A stretch of DNA of 3,555 bases, taken from a virus. Its lineage: Duplodnaviria; Heunggongvirae; Uroviricota; Caudoviricetes. The stretch lies in IMG/VR virus record IMGVR_UViG_2529292921_000021; one strand, written 5' to 3'. The notes below the pieces were generated by a model. It did not search any database, was not told the origin of the DNA, and saw only the letters and a program-made list of their open reading frames with translations. Position numbers and translations under genes: made by a program. Of this stretch, positions 1-3,555 are shown in pieces (the first letter of the stretch is position 1; every line of letters starts with the position of its first letter).

Positions 1-276
1 ATGGCGGGTTATTTGTCCGGGTTATTCCCCCGTTGTAAAATCTCTCCTAAACTTAACGGTACGGCACCACACTTCGGGGATGAAATGTTCGCGCTGGTAC
101 TTTTTGTTTGCTACCTGGATGGCGGTTGTGAAGATATTGTTGTGGATGTCTACAACACGGAACAGCAGTGTCTTTATTCTATGAGCGATCAACGGATCCG
201 CCATGGCGGTTGTTTTCCGATTGAGGATTTTATAGATGGTTTCTGGCGACCTGCACAGGAGTACGGTGATTTTTAA
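1..276 (+). CDS. yebW: YebW-like small protein of unknown function; ORF is open from the ATG at position 1 (91 codons), but the conserved part and a better ribosome-binding site suggest the real start may be the internal ATG at 85 (63 aa)
   Basis: Frame-1 ORF ending in TAA at 274..276. The C-terminal 63 aa (MFALVLFVCYLDGGCEDIVVDVYNTEQQCLYSMSDQRIRHGGCFPIEDF...) matches my recollection of E. coli YebW, which sits immediately upstream of pphA and is convergent with it. GGGGA lies 4-8 nt upstream of the ATG at 85. Nothing upstream of position 1 is visible, so the long form cannot be evaluated. Confidence 0.6.
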   Translation: MAGYLSGLFPRCKISPKLNGTAPHFGDEMFALVLFVCYLDGGCEDIVVDVYNTEQQCLYSMSDQRIRHGGCFPIEDFIDGFWRPAQEYGDF

Positions 277-933
277 TTATTGCAATTGCACAAGAGTCAG
301 TTCTCCCCCAAAGACAGCACCGGTATCAATATAATGCAGGTTGCCAATATCCACGCGATGGCGCAAAGGTGTATGACCAAACCAGAAATGATCAGCACCT
401 GCAATTCCCTGCCCTTTTTGGCGTTCACCTAATCGCGAGCGGCTCCACAAGACCTGATGCAAATCGACGTCCTTTTGCCATTCATAGACATCATCTGGAT
501 AATCGGCATGAGCAATAACATGTTTGCCGGTGCGACTGTGTAATTCAAGAATAAAGGGCAAATGCTGACATTTTTCCAGCGCCGTTTTCGCTTGTTTCTG
601 TTGATTATCTGCCAGCGCAATAAACCAGTCGCCGCCATTTATCAACCATAAAGACATCTGCCGGGATGCCAGCGCATCCATCGCCATCTGTTCATGATTG
701 CCTCTTACCGCACGAACCCAATGTTGTTCCAGTAACTGCAGGCAACGTAAACTTTGCGGCCCACGATCGATAACGTCTCCCACTGAGATAAGTAAATCTC
801 GCCACGGATCAAAACGACAATGCCATAATTTGCGGCGCAATTGCTCAAGACAACCGTGTATATCGCCTGAAAGCCAGATATGTCGCCATTGATGACCCGC
901 AATTCTCTGATAAATGGGCGCAGGCTGTTTCAT
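277..933 (-). CDS. pphA: Serine/threonine-protein phosphatase 1 (lambda-phosphatase-like metallophosphoesterase)
   Basis: The ORF track gives 277..936 because it accepts the TTG at 936; the only ATG is at 931..933, giving 218 aa starting MKQPAPIYQRIAGHQWRHIWLSGDIHGC... GGAGG sits 12 nt upstream of that ATG on the - strand. Metallophosphatase motifs are visible in the translation (GDIHG, GDVIDRG, GNHE, GHTP). Near-identical, from memory, to E. coli PphA/PrpA. Confidence 0.9.
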   Translation of the reverse strand: MKQPAPIYQRIAGHQWRHIWLSGDIHGCLEQLRRKLWHCRFDPWRDLLISVGDVIDRGPQSLRCLQLLEQHWVRAVRGNHEQMAMDALASRQMSLWLINGGDWFIALADNQQKQAKTALEKCQHLPFILELHSRTGKHVIAHADYPDDVYEWQKDVDLHQVLWSRSRLGERQKGQGIAGADHFWFGHTPLRHRVDIGNLHYIDTGAVFGGELTLVQLQ

Positions 934-1067
934 CAATATTTTCCTCCCGCGCTAAAGATCACATAATCTTAACAAGAATGTTAAAAAACGCTGGACTCAG
1001 ACAGTAGAGTGTGTGTTATGGTTGACTATAAAGTCAGCGAAGGGAATGCTTCTGGCTTTTAACAGAT

Positions 1068-1100
1068 AAAAAGAGACCGAACACGATTCCTGTTTTCGTC
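1068..1100 (-). ncRNA. sdsR: 3'-terminal remnant of the SdsR/RyeB small RNA (terminator hairpin plus U-tract); probable junction/att core of the inserted element
   Basis: The - strand of 1068..1100 reads GACGAAAACAGGAAUCGUGUUCGGUCUCUUUUU. This matches, with about 3 differences, the 3' end of SdsR as I remember it (GACCGAAUACAGGAAUCGUAUUCGGUCUCUUUUU). The position (about 130 bp beyond the pphA start, same strand as pphA) fits the known pphA-sdsR/ryeA-yebY arrangement. The sequence on the 5' side of the RNA (coordinates above 1100) does not resemble the SdsR body, so only a fragment is present. Identification is from memory. Confidence 0.35.
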
Positions 1101-1397
1101 AACAAACAATAAACCCTTTTTAAATTAATTTGTTAAGCAAAATTACGCTCATCTTTTAATCCCAAACACGTACCATTGCATATTAATGCATTCAATTAGT
1201 TACCATTTTTTTCGAGTTTTTTAGAGAAAATTTCGGGACTATTTCAGACCAATCCAGGCAGAAATAAGCAATCCCTATATTGAATGATTCCGCAACAATT
1301 ATGTAAAATCACCTCCGGCTGATTTTCATTCAAACTCGCGCTATCGAACGTCCATCAGCCAGCCGTGGCACGTTCTTGCATACGACGTGCTACGGTT

Positions 1398-1951
1398 TCA
1401 TTTATCTCCGACCGGAAACTTCTTATACAAAGTCGATACGCCAACATCATAAATGATCGCCACCTTCTGGCGAGGAACTCCTGATGCAATTAGTCGCCCG
1501 GCCTGCGCCCATTGTTCTGGTGAAAGTTTGGGACGGCGACCGCCAATTCGTCCCTGTGCGCGAGCAGCTTCCAGTCCAGCTTTTGTTCGTTCAACAATCA
1601 GTTCACGCTCCATTTCAGCCAGGGCCCCATCACATGAAAGAAAAAGCGCCCCATTGGGGTACTGGTATCAATTGAATCCGTCAGACTACGAAAGTTGATG
1701 CCTCGTTCGCGCAACTCCTCCACCAGCACGACAAGATGCCGCATACTGCGCCCCAGTCGGTCCAGTTTCCAGACCACCAGCGTATCACCTGCCGATAATG
1801 TCCTGAGCAGTTTTTTCAGTCCCGGCCTTTCGGACTTTGTACCGCTTATCTTGTCTTCAAAAATCAGCTCGCATCCTGCACAGTTCAGCGCATTACGTTG
1901 TAGATCTGTGTTCTGGTCATTTGTTGACACACGTACATAGCCAATAAGCAT
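1398..1951 (-). pseudogene. pin: Gin/Pin/Hin/Cin-family serine DNA invertase, disrupted by a 1-nt frameshift in a G/C homopolymer at about 1622..1628
   Basis: Two adjacent - strand ORFs (1598..1987 and 1398..1613) in different frames together give a full invertase. The N-terminal part is MLIGYVRVSTNDQ... (catalytic Ser in the YVRVS motif) ...MGRFFFHVMG, then frame is lost (PWLKWSVN*). The second frame continues (A)LAEMERELIVERT...GRIGGRRPKL...YDVGVSTLYKK, the helix-turn-helix C-terminus. From 1398 to 1951 is 554 nt, one short of 555 (184 aa plus stop). The true start is the ATG at 1949..1951, with GGGGGA 7 nt upstream; the extra 12 codons in the ORF track are an artefact of an upstream in-frame ATG. 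Confidence 0.8.
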
Positions 1952-1977
1952 GGTAGATCCCCCTGACAAAAGCAGGA

Positions 1978-2550
1978 ATGATGCCATTTGCTCGTTATTT
2001 CTGCATTTTCATAAACGTTGGTTTGGGAGAAGGTGCTCCAGCTATTGGCGTTCCGTTCTTCTGGCCGTCCGCCGCAATGCCAAATACTGTAATCGACAGT
2101 TGGTCCAGCATGGTGTTTTTGAAGTTCAACGGCGCGAAATTCTCTGCCACTGATTACCCTGTGCTGGCGAAAGTGTTTCCGGCGCTGGCATTACCTGACG
2201 CACGCGGTGATTTCATTCGTATCTGGGATGACGGACGCGGGATTGATGTCGGACGTACCCTACTTTCAGGGCAATCACACACAATTATGGATCATGCACA
2301 CAATATGGAATTGTGGACGGGGGACGGGCTTGTCGCAGGAAGTACACGGGAAGGAGTAAACCCAGGAATACTGGCTACATATGGTGACGGGGGAATAGTT
2401 AAAACGGACGAACCCGGTCTTAGGGTGCCTTCCTCACTACGAGCTATTAGCTCTCGTAGCGTTAAACGTTATGGTGAAATTAGTGGAAATGTAGGTACAG
2501 AAACCCGCCCACGAAATATTGCATTTAACTTTCTAGTGAGGGCTAAATAA
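1978..2550 (+). CDS. Tail-fibre C-terminal variable cassette (alternative receptor-binding end, Sv'-like); probably not an independent gene in this orientation
   Basis: 190-aa ORF; the frame is open from 1957, directly after a TAG. It contains a phage tail-collar-type motif (...FNGAKFSATDYPVLAKVFPALALPDARGDFIRIWDDGRG...; LPDARGDF at 2191..2214). There is no convincing ribosome-binding site at the correct spacing (AGGA is only 2 nt before the ATG). It begins at the candidate crossover site and is followed, with a TAATG overlap, by a tail-fibre assembly gene, as stfE/tfaE are in e14. Confidence 0.65.
   Translation: MMPFARYFCIFINVGLGEGAPAIGVPFFWPSAAMPNTVIDSWSSMVFLKFNGAKFSATDYPVLAKVFPALALPDARGDFIRIWDDGRGIDVGRTLLSGQSHTIMDHAHNMELWTGDGLVAGSTREGVNPGILATYGDGGIVKTDEPGLRVPSSLRAISSRSVKRYGEISGNVGTETRPRNIAFNFLVRAK
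2006..2031. other. Candidate invertase crossover site (gix/hix/cix-like 26-bp imperfect palindrome) marking the proximal boundary of the invertible segment
   Basis: TTTTCATAAACGTTGGTTTGGGAGAA agrees with the Mu gixL site as I recall it (TTCCTGTAAACCGAGGTTTTGGATAA) at 18 of 26 positions, including the AAAC / GGTTT arms around a central dinucleotide. It lies 55-80 bp from the invertase start and inside the first codons of the tail-fibre cassette, where such sites sit in Mu, P1 and e14. The match is to remembered consensus sequences only. Confidence 0.4.
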
Positions 2551-3143
2551 TGAAACCTGTTTTTGATGAAAATGGGCTGGCTACAGTACCGGGTAATATG
2601 CGTTGTTTTTATTATGAGGCAGTTACGTATGAATATACTGGCTGGTCTGATGAATATATTAATACTGGCGTAAGTATGCCCGCTTGTTCCACTGGTATTG
2701 ACCCGGGCGAATACATTCCGGGAAGAGTGGCAGTATTTACGGGTAAGGGATGGAGCCATGAAGAAGACCACCGCAATGAGACTGTTTACTCAATCGAAAA
2801 TGGCGCAGCTGTTACAGTGGATTATATCGGTGCCATCAAAGACGGTTATGTCACGCTTTCACCGTTAACGCCATACGATAAATGGGATGGTGAGAAATGG
2901 GTGACGGATACCGAGGCACAGCATAGCGCCGCAGTAGAAGCGGCAGAAGCACAGCGCCAGTCGCTGATTGATGCTGCAATGGCTTCCATCAGTCTGATTC
3001 AAATGAAATTACAGGCTGGGCGGAAGCTGACGCAGCCAGAAAACACCCGACTTAACGCTGTGCTGGATTACATTGACGCGGTGACGGCAACAGATACCAG
3101 CACAGCGCCGGACGTCATCTGGCCTGAACTGCCGGAGGCGTAG
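2550..3143 (+). CDS. Tail-fibre assembly protein (Tfa / Mu U / P2 G family)
   Basis: 197-aa ORF whose start overlaps the stop of the upstream cassette by 1 nt (TAATG), with GAGGG 9-13 nt upstream. The C-terminus (...LDYIDAVTATDTSTAPDVIWPELPEA) carries the conserved Tfa C-terminal motif (DTSxAPDxxWPxxP) remembered from TfaE/TfaR, Mu U and P2 G. Confidence 0.85.
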   Translation: MKPVFDENGLATVPGNMRCFYYEAVTYEYTGWSDEYINTGVSMPACSTGIDPGEYIPGRVAVFTGKGWSHEEDHRNETVYSIENGAAVTVDYIGAIKDGYVTLSPLTPYDKWDGEKWVTDTEAQHSAAVEAAEAQRQSLIDAAMASISLIQMKLQAGRKLTQPENTRLNAVLDYIDAVTATDTSTAPDVIWPELPEA

Positions 3144-3555
3144 GCCATTCAATATCTGGCGCACCGGAAGTATCGACCAGTTCCAGTGCGTCCAGATAAT
3201 CCAGCCACAAATTATATTGCGCCAGTTCCTCACCTTTCAGCCGGCCAATAGCCGCTTTACCAGGCCATTGTTTACTGTTCATATAATCGTTGGCCTGATT
3301 AATCAGTTGCTGCTTTTCCAGTTCGGCTGCAGCAATCTGTTCCTCATGTGTTGGTGGTGGAATTTCAGACCATGCAGGAAAACCATTTTCTCCAGCGATA
3401 CGGATTTTTCCTTTCGGCGGTAATCCGGAAAACTCAATATACACTTGCTCATCAACTTCAACAGCATCATCTGGCCATGAGTCAGCTTGAGTGTAATCCT
3501 CTTTCATCTCCAGCGGATAGAAAGAGTTTGTAGTCGCGGAATATATGTAATTCAT
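3115..3555 (-). CDS. Tail-fibre assembly protein (Tfa family), second copy, convergent with the first
   Basis: 146-aa - strand ORF starting at the ATG at 3553..3555 (the last three bases of the window) and ending at 3115. The C-terminus (...LDYLDALELVDTSGAPDIEWPTPPAVQAR) has the same Tfa motif. It overlaps the 3' end of the + strand tfa by 29 bp. Its ribosome-binding site and the expected upstream tail-fibre gene lie outside the window. Confidence 0.85.
   Translation of the reverse strand: MNYIYSATTNSFYPLEMKEDYTQADSWPDDAVEVDEQVYIEFSGLPPKGKIRIAGENGFPAWSEIPPPTHEEQIAAAELEKQQLINQANDYMNSKQWPGKAAIGRLKGEELAQYNLWLDYLDALELVDTSGAPDIEWPTPPAVQAR

Larger units (their letters stand above)
1094..3555. mobile_element. 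End of a prophage or prophage remnant: invertase plus tail-fibre host-range switch module (e14 / Mu G-segment-like); continues beyond the window
   Basis: The chromosomal context ends inside the sdsR 3' end. After it come an AT-rich spacer, a Gin/Pin-family invertase, a start-less tail-fibre C-terminal cassette and two convergent tail-fibre assembly genes, all classic phage functions. E. coli K-12 has no such genes between pphA and yebY, as far as I recall. The left boundary is approximate. Confidence 0.6.

Noticed and set aside
22-204. Minus-strand 60-aa ORF antisense to yebW
   Set aside because: It is fully embedded antisense in the yebW ORF with no supporting signal.
429-902. ORFs 429..638 (-), 698..892 (+) and 705..902 (-) inside pphA
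   Set aside because: They are alternative-frame or antisense ORFs fully contained in the well-supported pphA gene; the translations are Arg/Cys/Ser-rich and look like artefacts.
1340-1397. Possible intrinsic terminator downstream of the invertase (GCACG...CGTGC stem on the - strand)
   Set aside because: The stem is only 5 bp with a 13-nt loop and no following U-tract, so it is not convincing as a Rho-independent terminator.
1453-1940. Plus-strand ORFs 1453..1698, 1484..1675 and 1695..1940 (63-81 aa)
   Set aside because: They lie antisense to the invertase coding sequence, have low-complexity Arg/Ser/Pro-rich translations and no recognisable domain or ribosome-binding site. They are shadow ORFs of the invertase.
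1952-1987. Longer invertase N-terminus (MASFLLLSGGST...) starting at the ATG at 1985..1987
   Set aside because: The family N-terminus is MLIGYVRVS..., which begins at the ATG at 1949..1951 with a GGGGGA ribosome-binding site. The extension would run through the tail-fibre cassette start and candidate crossover region.
1950-2153. 67-aa + strand ORF overlapping the start of the tail-fibre cassette in another frame
   Set aside because: The overlapping frame 1978..2550 carries the recognisable tail-collar motif; this one has no features and is most likely spurious.
2541-2548. GGCTAAAT 8-mer identical to part of the SdsR 5' region as I recall it
   Set aside because: It is an isolated 8-nt match inside the tail-fibre cassette stop and tfa ribosome-binding-site region; it is on the wrong strand and in the wrong context, so it is coincidental.
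2469-3533. ORFs 2469..2771 (-), 3009..3233 (-), 3217..3423 (+) and 3348..3533 (+)
   Set aside because: All are antisense or out-of-frame within the two tail-fibre assembly genes, which have clear family-typical C-terminal motifs.
1-3555. CRISPR arrays, tRNA or rRNA genes, insertion-sequence terminal repeats
   Set aside because: No regularly spaced direct repeats, no tRNA-like cloverleaf candidates and no transposase-like ORFs were seen on visual scanning. The only mobile signature is the phage invertase and tail-fibre module.

Overview
This window looks like an Escherichia-type chromosomal locus (yebW, then pphA on the opposite strand) joined to the end of a prophage or prophage remnant. From about 1094 onward the sequence is foreign: an AT-rich non-coding spacer, a Gin/Pin/Hin/Cin-family serine DNA invertase gene interrupted by a 1-nt frameshift, and the proximal half of what appears to be an invertible tail-fibre host-range segment (as in Mu G, P1 C, e14 P). 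That half holds a start-less tail-fibre C-terminal cassette and its tail-fibre assembly gene on the + strand, and a second, convergent assembly gene on the - strand that ends exactly at the window edge. The junction with the chromosome appears to lie inside the 3' terminator hairpin of the SdsR/RyeB small RNA, whose last ~30 nt I recognise from memory next to pphA. All calls rest on reading the translations and sequence by eye; no database search was run. The main points of interest are the insertion at the sRNA locus, the disrupted invertase (locked or trans-complemented switch), and a candidate 26-bp crossover site at 2006..2031.
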